A stretch of DNA of 55,076 nt, counting the filler, from Basidioascus undulatus (lineage: Eukaryota): NCBI GenBank assembly GCA_000826855.1. It is 4 parts of 4 records of this genome, joined end to end, with 100 filler letters (N's around TTAATTAATTAA, not from the genome) between each part and the next. Parts side by side here need not be neighbours in the genome. Positions count along the whole stretch, not along the records: positions 13,825 to 27,517 come from JTLS01000791.1; positions 27,618 to 41,272 come from JTLS01000792.1; 2 more parts are not named here. One strand, 5' to 3'. A model generated the notes under the pieces. The model saw only the letters and a list, made by a program, of their open reading frames with translations. It was not told the DNA's origin and did not search any database. Shown one piece after another: positions 26,701-39,613 of this stretch. The translations under genes and the position numbers were made by a program. Each line of letters begins with the position of its first letter. Within the stretch, counting starts at the first letter, position 1.

Positions 26701-27517
26701 GGCCCGAGCTCGATGACTGAGAAGAGGCGCTCGAGCGCGCGCATCTTGGCCTGCGCGTGTGATCCTCGTCATCAGCCGAGTTGTTCTCGACCAAGAAGGC
26801 AAAGTAAAAGAAGGGAGAAGCCCACCTTTTTGCAGTTCCCCAACCAAGCAGCCCTTACAATACTCAGCCCCTCGGGCACATCGCCCGGCGCCTTGCACCC
26901 CAGCTCCCCCAGGATACGCGGGCCGTCGAAGTCGGTCAGGATGTGCGTTGTCTCGGGCGTGCGCGCCTCGACGGGGGTACCTCCGAGCTCTGTGACCTGT
27001 ACTCCCGGACAAGTGAACAAGGAGGAAGTGGGGATGGGGAGGGGATGGAGGGACGTACGATCTCCCACCGCTTCTTCTCTGCTTTCCCAAGCTTCTTCTT
27101 CCCCACTCCCACTGCCACAACGCATCCGACCAGACACCCCCCCCGCTCCCTCCCGCCCAGCCCCTCGCGCACACGCCGCTCGCGCTCCGTGATGCTCATG
27201 CCCTTCTCGAGCTCCTTCCCCGTCCGACTGCGTTTCGGGGCCGGCTCCTGGGAGGTTGATGTTGAGGGCGCGGGGCGAAGGAATGCCGAGGGAGGAAGCG
27301 TCCCGGAGCGGCGGGCAATGGAGGGCGAGTCGATGGGCGTGTCGACCTGCGTGGCGTAGTGCGCCGGGAGGGGGCGGGGGGTGAGGAAGGCGCGTTTCTG
27401 AGGGGCAGCGGGGTAGGTGGAGGAGACGGTTGATGCGGAGGGGCGGGAGGAGGAGGAGGAGGAAGAGGAGGTGGTGATGGTGGTGGAGATGTTTGGGGCG
27501 GAGAGCTGGAAAGGGGT
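23702..27517 (-). CDS. POL4: DNA polymerase family X (lambda/Pol4-like) with BRCT-like region, 5'-truncated by gap
   Basis: ETTHILTD..IVRAAWL (BRCT-like), EIMGSFRRGAASCGDIDFLLTR (Pol X nucleotidyltransferase motif), ILAIPFEQVGAALIYFTGND, FNRSLRLLARKKGYSL, IASRTEQEIFKILG|VPWRPPEQR|NI*. Confidence 0.92.
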
Positions 27518-27617
27518 NNNNNNNNNNNNNNNNNNNNNNNNNNNNNNNNNNNNNNNNNNNNTTAATTAATTAANNNNNNNNNNNNNNNNNNNNNNNNNNN
27601 NNNNNNNNNNNNNNNNN
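27518..27617. other. Assembly gap with artificial linker
   Basis: N run with central TTAATTAATTAA. Confidence 0.97.
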
Positions 27618-28331
27618 GCTGCGGCGGTAGCCTGACTAGGCTTAGTCTGGAACTCGACATGCCGCTAGACGACGCCGGACCTGTACTTTCCGCGTTGAAT
27701 CGGTTCACATACGTGCGAAGGCTTTCCTTGAGGCCTGAAAATCCTATGAACCGTCATAATACACATCTGACGCTCCTCGACTCGGAAAGCTTCATATTAG
27801 TTCGGACATGGTCGACACATCCGGCATTTCTGCTTTTCTGGAGCCATTTTCGCTTCACTCCGCCTCTTGGCCCTGCCGTTGGGATAGAGACCAGCGGAAG
27901 GTCTGGTCGACTTCTTGAGGCAGCACGGCCAAGGCATGCGTAGTATTCAGATCCACGTAGATCACGCGAGCGTCAATGTCACAGCCGTGCTGGAATGCTG
28001 CTCAAATCTTAAGGCTCTCCACTTTCTATCGACCCCGCAACTTTCAGGAACGGAGCTTGTAGGTGTCCTTCCATCGACGCTCGCCTACATGACCATAAGC
28101 TTCCTGGATACGTCGGTTCGTTGTCGTAGCATGCTCGAGGAGATTCTGATTCGCCTCGAGTCGTCACGTCTGAGGAGTCTTGACGCTGTTGCCCTGGTTT
28201 CGGAGTCGTCGGAATGCTTTGCGTGGGATGGGATGGGGGATCGGTCTTTCGTGAGGCGGGCCGAGCAGTTCAGCGTCAAGTTGGAACGGCAGGGGATCCG
28301 CTTGTGTGACGAAGGCAACTTCCACTGGTAG
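27618..28331 (+). pseudogene. C-terminal part of a possible leucine-rich/F-box-type hypothetical protein, apparently frameshifted
   Basis: Two overlapping ORFs (27659-27943 and 27915-28331) with LxxLxL-like periodicity (VLECCSNLKALHF, LPSTLAYMTI, SSRLRSLDAV). The family assignment is only by resemblance. Confidence 0.35.
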
Positions 28332-28895
28332 GCATGCGGCGGCGTCGTGTAATTGATAGACGTGCTTCTGTTGGGGTAGAGCTAAACTATTTCTCCTCCA
28401 GTGTATCGGAAAAGCGGGGCGGTCATAATCATGCACTTCCACCTCTTCGTTCTACAGATCCGGAGCTTCAAGGCAGTTGCAGGAAACAACAGCACTGATA
28501 ACGCGCTTGCTTACCACGGACCGAGGTCATTTTTTCTGCATGTACTTAGCAGCAATCTTCCCGGTTCCTGCCGGTTGAAGATTGTGCGGTCTATCAGGTG
28601 CGGCGCTTCGGCCTCCGGGACATGGACGAGGTTGCAAGAAAACATAGTCGCGTTGCTCGCTGGGGAATGGAACTGCTTCAAGGCTGCACATTCAGTTCCT
28701 CGATTATGAAGGTTTCCTATGTAAAACACATCGCTAGCGAAAGTCGGATGGCGTGCAATGTGAACCTCCTGCCTGGTCTCGTCTCAAACCCACAGTAGTG
28801 CTCCGCGTTGAGTTGCAACCTGGTTCTACACGCAAGCTGGACAAATTGCCTCTTAATATCTACCGATAAGAACCAATCCAGAAGCTATACATCGT

Positions 28896-29509
28896 TCATA
28901 GCCTAGCTACACGGTCCGCATCGTCGCCGAATTCTCCGCTGAATGCCTCGATGCCTCCCACGAGAACAAGCGACTCGCTTTGCCTGCGCAGGCCAGGCTT
29001 TTCAAGCGCTTCGGCATACCAAACCGCCCAGCGCGGACCGCGTCCATTCGACGACGAGCAGTGAAAGACGACCTTGGCGGATAGAGAGAGGACTCTGTGT
29101 TAAGGGCGAGCGGGAAATGGAGAACATGGTTGGGGAGAACGGGAACTCGTGTCAGGAAGTTGGCCCAAAATCGATGGAAAGGACGCATGATCGTATGGGC
29201 TCAGGCCTCGGAGGGTCTGGTAAAAAGAATGCGCAGGGAGGTTGATCGCGGTGCGAATGTAGCTGCCCTGAGGGATTGGACGGGAGATACTTCTTGAAAC
29301 ATACTCGACGTCCATACCACCATCACTCACAGAACTCACATCGAAATCCGTTCTGCGCACATCCACGACAATCACGTCCTTTCCAATCGTTCCCGGGCGG
29401 AGCAGCCCTATCAGGTCTTGGGGCGAAATGTGTCCAGGTGGAGTGGCAAATGAAGGAACGCCGCGTGCCAGGCAGGAGAAGGGGCGTACTCGTGAGCGGT
29501 GTTGACCAT
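28896..29509 (-). pseudogene. Cdc25/rhodanese-type phosphatase or arsenate reductase (Acr2/Arr2-like), frameshifted
   Basis: PAWHAAF/..ISPQDL..GKDVIVVDVRRTDF|..IRTAINLPAHSFYQTL..|VVFHCSSSNGRGPRWAVWY..LVGGIEAF. The HC-X5-R loop is at 29040-29063. A one-base frameshift lies near 29455-29460 in the first exon. Confidence 0.8.
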
Positions 29510-29757
29510 TGTGTGCTGAAGACGGAAGATGATTAAGGAGGGAGGAGTCTGTCGAGAGCAGCCGCACGAGATGGTTGGGAGAAGAGTAAGAACAGTCGAG
29601 AAGGGTGGAAGGGTGAAAAGAGTCGGGCACGGCTGGCTTGGTAAGCTTAAGCCCGCTGTTCTGCACAGGTTTTCATTGGCTGTGGGTAAGATGCAATTGC
29701 ACATCACCATTGCTGACGAGTCGAAGAATGAAGATCTGTGGTAGCCTGCGGCCAGAC

Positions 29758-30571
29758 ATGATCTGGATCCAGCTCAGCATCTCCCTCGTTCTCAACTGGG
29801 TTGTGAGCCTCTCCGCCCTCATGATTGCACATGAGATGAGGAACTGACACAACAGCTGAACAGGTGGCGCTGTTCATTGTGCTTGCCCTTGCGTGGGCTA
29901 CACTCCAGACCTCGAGCGCGAGCACAAGGGCGTGCTGCTAGTGGGCGTCGGTACGTTGATGGCCGTCACTTGATGAGCGTTTAGGCACTGATGCGTATTT
30001 CTATGGCTCACTGAAGCACGTTGCATTGGTGTGCTTAATTCACGGCTGAAACTACGCTGCAGCGGACGGGTCACTGACAAGCCCCGACCCACAGCCATGG
30101 TTCTGATGTGGAATGCTATCAGCCGTGGCGACGCCAACTACTGCACCATTCTCGTGATCTTCAACTCGCTCCTTCAGATACGTACTCCGCCGTGCTGTCC
30201 AGAGTTTTGTGCTGAGGTTGTGCGTGGTCGGCCTAAGGTCGTCCTGTTCTCGCCTACGTGCTGCTCTTCTGCAACATCCTCGGCTCTTCTCACCATTCGA
30301 CTTCCCCCGCTCTCCAGCTCGACTATCAACACGTAGCCAAGTCGGTCGGCATCATAAGCTCACTTGACATAGCCGCATGGTCTTGTCCGCAAGCTCACTT
30401 TCAGCTTCGGCGTGCAGTATCTCGGCATCCCACTCGCTGCCGGTGCAGTCACCCGCTTGATTGCCCAAGCTCACCCTTGGTCCCCGCGGTTTCAAGCGCT
30501 TCTTTGACTACTTCGGTCCGGTAGCGCTCATAGGCTTGCTCTACACTATCATCGTTCTTTTCGCTAACCAG
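29758..30571 (+). pseudogene. ACR3: Acr3 arsenite efflux transporter, internal fragment
   Basis: IWIQLSISLVLNW, LALAWATLPDL..GVLLVG, ARCI|AMVLMWNAISRGDANYCTILVIFNSLLQI, VLFSP/YVLLFC, YLGIPLAAGAVTR and YFGPVALIGLLYTIIVLFANQ are Acr3 motifs. Frameshift near 30253; N- and C-terminal parts are absent. Confidence 0.88.
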
Positions 30572-30714
30572 GTCAGTCCATTATCTCCGTGAAGGTGTTC
30601 TCTAAGTTGTGCACGTTTCTGAAAGTAGAGCTCTCCACACAGCGACAGTTCTGAAAAGGCGGTGTGGAGCGATGAATAATGTTTAAGAGGCTGAATCAAC
30701 GCTAGAACAGCTTA

Positions 30715-31227
30715 CCTGAGCAGAAGCAATCCGGAAGAGCATACACCGCTCAGAAGAACAGAAACGGCAACCAAGATGTAGAGACCATGGCAGTCCACTT
30801 TACCCTGTGACACCGAAGGTATACACTCAGCTCCGCGCTGTGGACTCTATGGGAAGGAGTTACAGCGGCATAGGACTGCGGGATGTTCCCGAGGAGTCCG
30901 ATGAGACCACCAAAGTAGCATGCCGGGCAGTAGAGCAGCATAGGCCATCTCCATCGTCGCTTCCTGATTGACGGCGACCAAGAGTTAGTTGCAAAACCTT
31001 AAAACAAGAACCGAGGAACTCACCCAGTGATGATGCTCCAATCAAAGGCGAAGGTCCCAATAGCCTCCCGCAGCCAGAAGCCCAGCAAAGCGAAGATCAA
31101 TGAGATAAAGGCATCTGGAGAAGCTTGAGCAAGGACGTGAATAAGCGTCCGAACGGACGCCAAAGTCGTGATGGTCCTCCGTACTCTGGAATTTAGCGAG
31201 CGTCTCCGGAGAGTTCCAGTCAACCAT
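30715..31227 (-). pseudogene. Basidiomycete-type multi-pass membrane protein remnant
   Basis: MVDWNSPETLAK..DAFISLIFALLGFWLRE..FAFDWSIITG|..WPMLLY resembles the N-terminus of an uncharacterised basidiomycete membrane family. It appears truncated or degenerate downstream. Confidence 0.5.
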
Positions 31228-31995
31228 GGCGGCGGAGAGTGGGGAAGAGCTTTAATAGTGGTGACTCCTACCTCCAGCAGCAGATGTGAGTGCATGATTA
31301 GGCAGTGAAGGGTAGGTGGCCAGCAGTAGCGGTGGTATAAAGTAGCTTCAGCAGCGTTGCTGTGTGGCGGCGTTTCGGGAGTAAGCGCCCTATGACTTCT
31401 TCGGAACATTTTAATAAAGACTTCGGAGGACGCACGGTCTGTGAGGCAGTTTCATTTGAACAGACAGTCGTCGCCCGAGGTCCACCACTGCATGCGCAGC
31501 CAAGAGCGCTGCCTGCTGCAAGGAGTGTGGTCTTGGAGAAACCAGGGGTCGGGGGGTGCTTCTGAGGTAAGTGAGAGTTTTTCAGTCTACTCTATGATTG
31601 GAGATGTCTCGTGGGCCTTGAAAGAATAAGACACAAGGAAGGGGCAACATGCAGTAAGCCAGCGCAAACGCGACGCTATAACGACTCAGCGAGGAGGTCC
31701 AGCGTGTCGGCTCGGGAAAAACCATACGTACCACTGGCGTGCACCTAGGATTACAGAGAGTTAAAATTTTGGAGCAAAAAAGCTACCGGGCCACACTGCC
31801 GTTGCCAACTGCAAGTGAGCTTCCGCGGATTTGCTCTGCTATCTCCGCGGACTTGCTCGCCTCGCTCCCTTCACGCGTCGCCCATCATCCTTCCTGCCTC
31901 TCAACCGCGACCTCCTCCTCCTCTATTCCTCGCTTCCTTCAAATACACTCGCTTAACACATCGTCGCACGTTTCTCTGTATTGTCGCAGCCCGCC

Positions 31996-33855
31996 ATGCG
32001 GCCGGACTTTAGACACGTCAACCTTCAGATCGAGGGTTTCGTCAAGCACGAGCTCGGCATCAAGCTCGACCGAGGTTCGACCCTTCAGCTCATCTTTCGA
32101 TCGCGCCTTCACAGCAGCTCACTCACACGTCGGCTTGGGTATGGTGGGCCGGAACGACTTTGCAGACTCTCAGTTATGTCCGCGGAACCTCACTCCCGTG
32201 GGCTGCCCGCTTGGCGAGGAGTGCCCGCTCCGCCATACGAACCCCGCCTCCACCAACTTCATCCCCCAGCCGCCATTGCCCACGTCCTATCGCGACCGAG
32301 AGTGCGTCCCTACCCGTCTCACAATCCCCGCTGATGTCTCCGCCCGTTCATTCGCGACGAGCACGCTGACCCGGCCGCTTTGCCCCGTCGTCTTCTGCAG
32401 ACGAGCCGTGACGGTCTGCAAGCACTGGCTGCGCGGGCTCTGCAAGAAGGGCGACCAGTGCGAGTTCCTGCACGAGTACGACCTGCGCAAGATGCCCGAG
32501 TGTTGGTGGTACGTCAAGTTCGGGTGGTGCGCGAACGGCGAGGAGTGCCTGTATCGCCACACGGACAAGATGGGTCGCCGGCGCGAGTGTCCCGAGTATA
32601 TCAGGGGGTTCTGCAAACGAGGTGAGTCGGTGATGGCGGGGTCGGTGATGGCGAGTACGTGTTTCTCGGAGGTTAGCAAGTTTGGGCTACGTGCGACCCG
32701 CGGACGCGGCCTGGGCAGCAGCAGGGGATGCGAAGGAGCTGGAGCTGGAGATGGACTTGTCAACGCCGCTCATGCATCTCATGCATCTCTGGACCCACCA
32801 CCGAGATCTGCGCTCCCTCGATTGGCCAAGCTGTGCGCCCGGCGTCGTGTTTGCATGCGTCGCTCGCAGCCATGCCCCAACCCTCTCAGAGCCCGATCTC
32901 ACAGCGCATTCACTCCTTCTCTTCTCTTCTTGCAGGACCCCTCTGTCCCTTCAAGCACGTACGCCGCACAGCCTGCCCCGCATACCTTACTGGGTTCTGC
33001 CCGTTGGGACCCAAATGCCCTCACGGCCAGTGCGTGCCTTCTTTCTCCTCCTTTCTCCCAACCCCTTCCACCCGAGCTCTTTCTAGCGTTCTCTCAGCCA
33101 TAGCGCACCTGATTGCTGACCGTCCATCCACAACCACAGCCCTAAATCACGACCCGCTCCGCCCTACAAGCTCGAAGACGCCGACGGCCCACCCCCTCCC
33201 GACCCAGAGCTCGGCCCTCCTCCGTGCGTTCCTCTCCCCCATACCAATCCCTGTCCCTCTCTTCGCTCACCAAGCCTCCCCCTTCCATCAGCGGGTACAT
33301 GGGCTACTCGTACGAGCGCGGCCCGTGGGAGTCGCGCCGCTTCGGCGCCGGGTTCGGCGGCGAGCCGGGGCAGGGCATCGCGTACGGCATCGGGCCGAAC
33401 GGCGTCACGGGCGGGTTCGAGCGCGGCGGCGGCGGTGGCGGGGGGAGGGAGCACCACCATCACCAACGCGGCGGCGGTGGGGACAGGGAGGGCTTCCATG
33501 GAGGCGAGGGAGGGGAGAAGAGGGCCCAGGTCCGCAGGGGGCTCGAGAGCGTGCTATGCTTCAAGGTGCGTTGCGGGTTGGGAGAGGCAGGAGTGAATAG
33601 GGAAGGCTGATGGAAGGTTGTTGGGTGGGTTTGCGGTGGATAGTGCGGCCAGCATGGTCATTATGCGAACCAGTGCCCGAACAAGAACGTCCCGGGTGAC
33701 CGCGGCGGTCCGTCTTGGCACCTCCTTTTCCCTTCTCTATTCGCAAACTCGGGCGTAATGCTGATGTGTCTTTGCATTGTGACCGGGACTCTACAGGTCT
33801 CGAGCGCGCGACCAAGGAGCGCGACTCGAGGAAATGGGAACGCGACAGCACGTAA
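31996..33855 (+). CDS. YTH1: mRNA 3'-end processing factor Yth1/CPSF30
   Basis: MRPDFRHVNL..ELGIKLD, then five CCCH fingers (CPRN..CPLGEECPLRH; VCKHWLRGLCKKGDQCEFLHEY; ECWWYVKFGWCANGEECLYRH; ECPEYIRGFCKRGPLCPFKH; ACPAYLTGFCPLGPKCPHG) and a C-terminal zinc knuckle CFK|CGQHGHYANQC. Confidence 0.95.
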
Positions 33856-35330
33856 CAAGTGCATGTGCGCCTTCCTCGGGTCGTTCACGGCGGGGCCCTG
33901 TGATGTACCTGGTGATTGTGTCAAGTTTTGTACTGTCGTGGCTTTGGGTCGAGCGCATCGCGTGCTTGCTTCCTACTTTTGAGTACTTCATGCGCTGGGT
34001 CTGCGAACCACAAAGGAGTAAACTAGAGCATTGAGGACTGATTTCGTACTGACGATTTGAACAAGCCTCAGGAATCGATCAAGTCTTTGGAAACGCAGGT
34101 CACATTGTCCTTACAAGTTGAACACCGCCTGCTCAGTATATAACTGATCAGTGCGAAGGTCTTTTGCAAGGGAATTTTTTCAGTCATCATCAGCGGAATG
34201 CTAGTTCTGAGCCTCTGAATGCCGTACGTTCTTCACCTTGTCCATAGTTCAGCCCCGACTGGGCGGGGACTGAATATGAAGGACGGAAGCGCGTCCACCG
34301 GCGGGCAGTGCCGCGGCCCCTTTGCGCTCCAGTCTTTCCCGCTCGAGCTTTCCTTTGAGGTGGCACCACCGAGGGAGGTGCGGAGTCGACGGAAATCCAG
34401 GCGACGACCTGGTCAATGACCGAGGCGTACGACGCACAGCCGACAGGCAGTGTCGAGTTCCAGGCCCGGCGGATGCTCATGTGGATGGGGTTGGCGGGCG
34501 CACTTTGAGTTGCGGTAGCGATTGTGGGGGCAGTGTGAAGGGGATAGTGGGTTTTGTGGTAGATAAAGGAGGGGGAGGGGGACGCAGAAGCTTAGCTGGG
34601 CACCGTGTGAAATAGCGAGGACTGCGTACAGACATGCGAAGCTTAGTCGAACTCGAACAGACAGCTGAGTGAGTACAACTTGAGATGTAGTTTCATATTC
34701 GATACGATAACCACAAGCGGCTGGACATATCCGGTATTCTGAGCCCGCTGCACCGAAATCAAGCTGCGAGCCGCAGCTGTCCCACACAGAGTTCATACTT
34801 CATACGGGCTTACGGCTCCTACGTCGGCACTCCTTCCTGTGGCCGATCGAGCGTCTAGGCTGAGCATAACGCAATGGTGAGAAGATGAGGGTGAGAAAGC
34901 AGAGCCATTTCGACGCCTACGCAGCCACGCTATGGCCTATCAAGGTGAACAGACCGGGACGTCCATCTACACCGCTCATCGGGGGCGAAAAATGTTGAAA
35001 AACACCTTGCGTCTGTCATGGACGTTGTTGGGTTTGAGTCGGCCGATAACGAGCGGCTAGCGGCGGGTGGAAGATACCGACCGATCGTGAGGATTTGCCG
35101 AGCTCGGCAACTCATTACCGCGCCGCCGTCGCCTTACGACTCGAAGACGCACGCGACATGGATCCAAATTTGCTATCCACAACTTGTCCCCTTACACTGA
35201 TCATATCGAAGCCGGATCAAGACCCAATATCGCTGCAGGACTAGCAGCTCAAATGTCGGCGCCAGAGCGTCCACTCTAACCGCTCGCATCGCCTCCCGCT
35301 CGCTCGCCTCCTGGCTGTCGCTCTTCGAAC

Positions 35331-37721
35331 ATGACTCGTGCCCCATCTCCCATGACTCCTTCGCCTTTCACGTCGGAAATTACCGTGCAAGGAATGCCGT
35401 CCTCATCTGATCTCGAAAAGTCGAGCCCCATAGACCCGGAGAAGGGAGAGGCTTCGCGAGAACCGGACGTTTACGACCGGTTCTCGAAGGGCCGGAAGCG
35501 CGCAATACTGGCAATCATGGCTTCCTCTGCGCTCCTCACCCGTGAGTAGTGCCCTACGGTTTCGCGTGACGCGGTTGAGGGCTGACACTCAAAGGCAGCG
35601 CTGGCGAGCTCGTCGTTCTTCCCGACGATCCCTCAGGTTGCGGCGGACATGCACACGACCGGCACGGTCATAAGTAAGTCTATCATGCCCCTGTCTTCCC
35701 GTACATAAGCTGAAGGATGTACCCACAGACTATAGTGCCGTAGCTGTATTCCTAGCCATCATCGGCCTTGCTCCCCTGCTCTGGGCGCCAGCGTCTGGGT
35801 ACTACGGCCGGTAAGGGTCTTCTCCTGTTGTTCATCCCCAACCCGACGCTTCCTGACCAAAATCATGTACAGACGACTAGTCCTACTCGTATCCTTCCCC
35901 ATCTTCATAGCAGGCAGCATCGGCTGTGCCGTCTCCAACTCGCTCGGTGCGCTGATCGCGACCCGCATCCTGCAAGGGTTCGGCGGCAGCTCGGTGCTGT
36001 CTGTTGGGGCAGGGAGGTATGCTGTTTCTTCTGTTTGTTTCTGTTTTACCGGCCATTGAAAGTCATTATCGCTTCATCGTGTCTCAGCATCGGCGACTGC
36101 TACCGTCCGACAGAACGCGCCAACGCGATGGGGCTTTTCTACAGTGGTCTCCTCAGTTCGCTCGCTCCTTCATGCTTCCTCTATCGCCGAATTAAACTCG
36201 CCTGCATGTACAGTCGGACCTGCGGTAGCGCCCACAGCAGCCGGCCTGCTCGGCCAGTACACCGCTCCCGGCTGGCGGTCGATGCAGTGGCTTTTGACAG
36301 GCAAGCGTCCCCCTCTGTCCCTCTTGCGCTTCCTAGCAAGCTCACTTCCCAACTCCCACCCACAGCACTTGGAGTCCTCGAATTTGTCCTCATCTTTGTC
36401 TTCCTCCCCGAAACATCGCACGGCGTCCTACCGCACGACGCCGCGCGCGCGCGCACAGGAAAGCGCTTCATCCTCTTCCGCTTCAACCCGTTTCAGTCTA
36501 TCGCGCTCCTGCGATACCCTAACATCTTCCTTATGGTGCGGTTGTCCATCACTCAGCCCCTCGGGCAGGTGTGGGCGGCTAATGATGCGGTCTTGAGCAG
36601 AGCCTACTTTCGTCTTGCGTGATGCTCACGCTCTATGTTATCCTGGTTCCGATATCTTATACCATGGTATGATACTTTCCCTTCTGGTTGCAGTCCAGGA
36701 ATGAAAGCTGATAGCACGCAGGGCCCTCGCTACAATATCTCGAACGCGGCCATCCTCGGCTGCCTCTACTTCCCGTCCGGCGTCGGGAACCTGGTCGGCG
36801 CGCGAATCGCAGGACGTGAGTTCTGCGTCTCCCTTTCTTCCTTCTAGTCACCCAGGGTAATTATGATCAGTTCTATAGGCGATGCTGATAGAATCGTCCG
36901 CAAGTGGATGACCAAGCGCGGGTACAGGCGGCCGGAAGATAGACTGCGAGCGACGCTCATCGGCGGGTTCGCCATCATGCCGCTTTCTGCCATTCTGCAT
37001 GGGTAGGCTTAAGCTCACTCACATTTCCCAACAATTGCTGATGCGTCTGTGCGGCAGATTTGCAATGCAGTATGGTGCTGTGAGGCGTCCCCGTGGCTTC
37101 TTCGAACTTGAATGCGAAGTTTGACGGAGTTGGTTTCTGTAGGGAGGGATCGCCATACCATGCGTCGCGATGTTCATTTCCGGCTTGGGGTTGATGGCAC
37201 GCCGCCATACCTCCTCATTCCGGCTCTATCAACGCTGACCTAGCCCCCCAGCTCATCTTAACCCCGAGCAACACATACCTCGTCGACTCCCTCCAATCGC
37301 GCTCCGCCGAAGTAGTCGCAGCAAACAGTAACCTTCCTCCCTGTTCCCCCTGTTCCCCCTGTTCCGCATCCTTCCCTCTCCCTGACGCCATCCCACAGAC
37401 GCAGTGCGCTACCTAGTCGCCGCCGGCGCGAGCGCGGCCGTCCTCCCCCTGGTGCGGGCCATCTCGCTCGGGTGGACGATGTTCCTCTGCGCGTGCTTGT
37501 GCTGGGTGGGGGAGGCGTTCGTCGTGCTCGTCATCATGCACGGCGAGGGATGGCGCGGCGCGGGGCCGCCGGCATCAGCAGCTGCGGAGGAAGCGAAGAA
37601 GGAGAGGGAGAATGTGGCGGTGCAGGGAAGGGCGCCGGGGATAGAACAGAAGGACCAGGATCGCATGAGGAGCGGGTACGCCACGCCCAAGCTGTACGCC
37701 ACGGCTTCCAATCATGCATGA
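35331..37721 (+). CDS. MFS transporter, DHA1 (drug:H+ antiporter, Qdr-like) family, multi-exon
   Basis: YDRFSKGRKRAIL, LASSSFFPTIPQVA, GLAPLLWAP..YYGR, IATRILQGFGGS, IGDCYRPTERANAMG, GPAVAP..G, GWRSMQW, FLPETSH, RPEDRLRA, SNTYLVD..RSAEVVAAN. Confidence 0.9.
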
Positions 37722-38379
37722 CTCTCTACGCGCTGCAGTTGTTTGTCAGGCTTGTAACGGGGACCTGGACGATGATCTGGTTACTCGCCGTCACCTACGC
37801 TTAAACTACGTCAGCGTCGTCGACTTCTCTTCACTCACGAGCGACCGCTTACCATCCCAACTTAATCACTTACGCTGTCCTTCGAGTACCACTGCGCACT
37901 TGGCTGTCTTCACATTAATGTTGACGACCTACTGGCGAGTCTTGTTTGTCAACTGTGTTGCCTTCCATTTGGGAGGTGCCTGTGGTGTTTGGAAAGTAAC
38001 CACACGGGCGATCACGCAATTTCAACTCCCAGAACCATATACCACGATCAGAGAAAGGGAAATGTACATGCGAAAACCTAACAGGCTGGGACGACAGAAA
38101 TTTAATGAAGAGCAGAATACTGGAAAGTGAGGTTGTGGCTGCCAGGCACGAGAGGGTGAAGGGGGAAATCGCGATCGGAGTACGTGAAATAACGTCTTGG
38201 GCCCTTACCCTCGAAGCGGGAATCGAAACGAGCTCCGAGGCGTAACACAAGGAAGCCCAACCGAAGGATAAGCTGAGAACGCGCCTTGGACGAGTCCTCG
38301 CCTAGGAAGACGCAAACGTTTCCATCAGTCTGTGCAATCCAGACACCCGCCGTGCAAGTAAAGGAGTCAAACGACACTC

Positions 38380-39613
38380 ACTGCTTTTGATTTCCCCAAC
38401 AATGAGCTCTAGGAGACCATTTCCCCAACCTTCCCAAGCCCCGGGCATCAACCTCCAGTCCAGCCTGTCCGAGCTCGACCCGGATGTTGAAACGCTGACG
38501 GACGGCGGCAGCGATGAGAATACTTCTTGTCGTTGCCATCCTGCAGGATATCGTTGTTGATGCGCTTCCTGTTGAAGCTGAACATGAGTCAACAGATGCT
38601 CTGTTCCAAGGGGAGAAAGTGACTTTCACATACGAGTTGTTCGTCCTCAACCATTACGCGCAATTGCTGCAACGCGCGCTTCAAGTTCTTCGCGCCTGCT
38701 TTGTTCTCGAGGTATCGCAAGGCGTCGTCCAGGAGGATCTGAAAAAAGGTGAACATCAGCTGCAGTACAATGTATGGTTGGGAGTCCATGAAAGGATGTG
38801 TATCGTGTCAGACAACAGCTTCTGCGCATACGGGAGCACACGCCGTGTAACACTTCTTCGACCCAAAGGTCTGCAGCGTTGGGCAGCCTCAAAAAGGCTG
38901 CCGTTGGGACTGGGAACAACGCTTGTCAGTCACCGTCTCATCGGAGAAGTGGGAGACACGCACTACCGTACGTCCCAGAGCACAACGTCAGGAGACGCGT
39001 TTACTGCTGTTTCGAATAGGCTACAGAAGAGAGGTGATGTGGTTTTCCATCGATCACTCTGCAATATAACATAAACAGAGAAGAAAGAGAAGAAGCGAAA
39101 CTGGCCCACACTTCCCCACCATGTTCGGGTATCAGATACCCATCCACCGTAGGAGGGCGCCGAACCCACTTCTCCCAGTGCAAGCTGATTTTCCTCTGGT
39201 TTTGATCGATACCGAGTCGCAGCTCCGCAGTGACATGGTGCCATAGCCATCGATAAGTCAGGAAGGGGGTGAAAGGCGAGAAAAGCACGCCCTTAACCAT
39301 AAGCGGACGGATCGTACGGAAGACCCATTCGCCGAGAGCGATCGAGAGCGCGCATACGACGACGCACCAGATGAGCAAAATTTCCAGGGCGATTAACGGT
39401 AGCATGAGTATCACAGATGTAGAAGTGAGGAGTACAGTGAAAATGAACGAGACGCCGAAGCCGAAGCCTGCGCCCAGTCGCAACGCAAGAGCCAAGCAGC
39501 CAGGAGGAGAAATGCGAATCGAATGTGTACCACGTATATATGTGAGCGGCGGATACTATAGAGCTTGTAAAGTGTGTGTTGCGAAGGCCATCACGGCGGC
39601 CAGAATGTCGGTC
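38380..39613 (-). pseudogene. Possible degenerate hypothetical membrane-protein gene
   Basis: The ATG frame (MTDILAAV..) hits TAG at 39556-39558, then continues in the same frame into a long hydrophobic segment (ORF 39001-39495). Further exon-like pieces lie downstream. No family recognised. Confidence 0.25.

Noticed and set aside
25246..27192. Long + strand ORFs (320, 343 and 222 aa) overlapping the Pol X gene
   Set aside because: Low-complexity antisense shadows of GC-rich coding sequence. The same applies to the long ORFs opposite the Cbf1-like, velvet and GNAT genes.
34190..34800. Short - strand ORFs between YTH1 and the MFS gene
   Set aside because: No recognisable motif or coherent gene model.
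37339..37366. CCCTGTTCCC-type 10-nt tandem repeat (about three copies)
   Set aside because: A slippage repeat within an intron's pyrimidine tract; not CRISPR or an element end.
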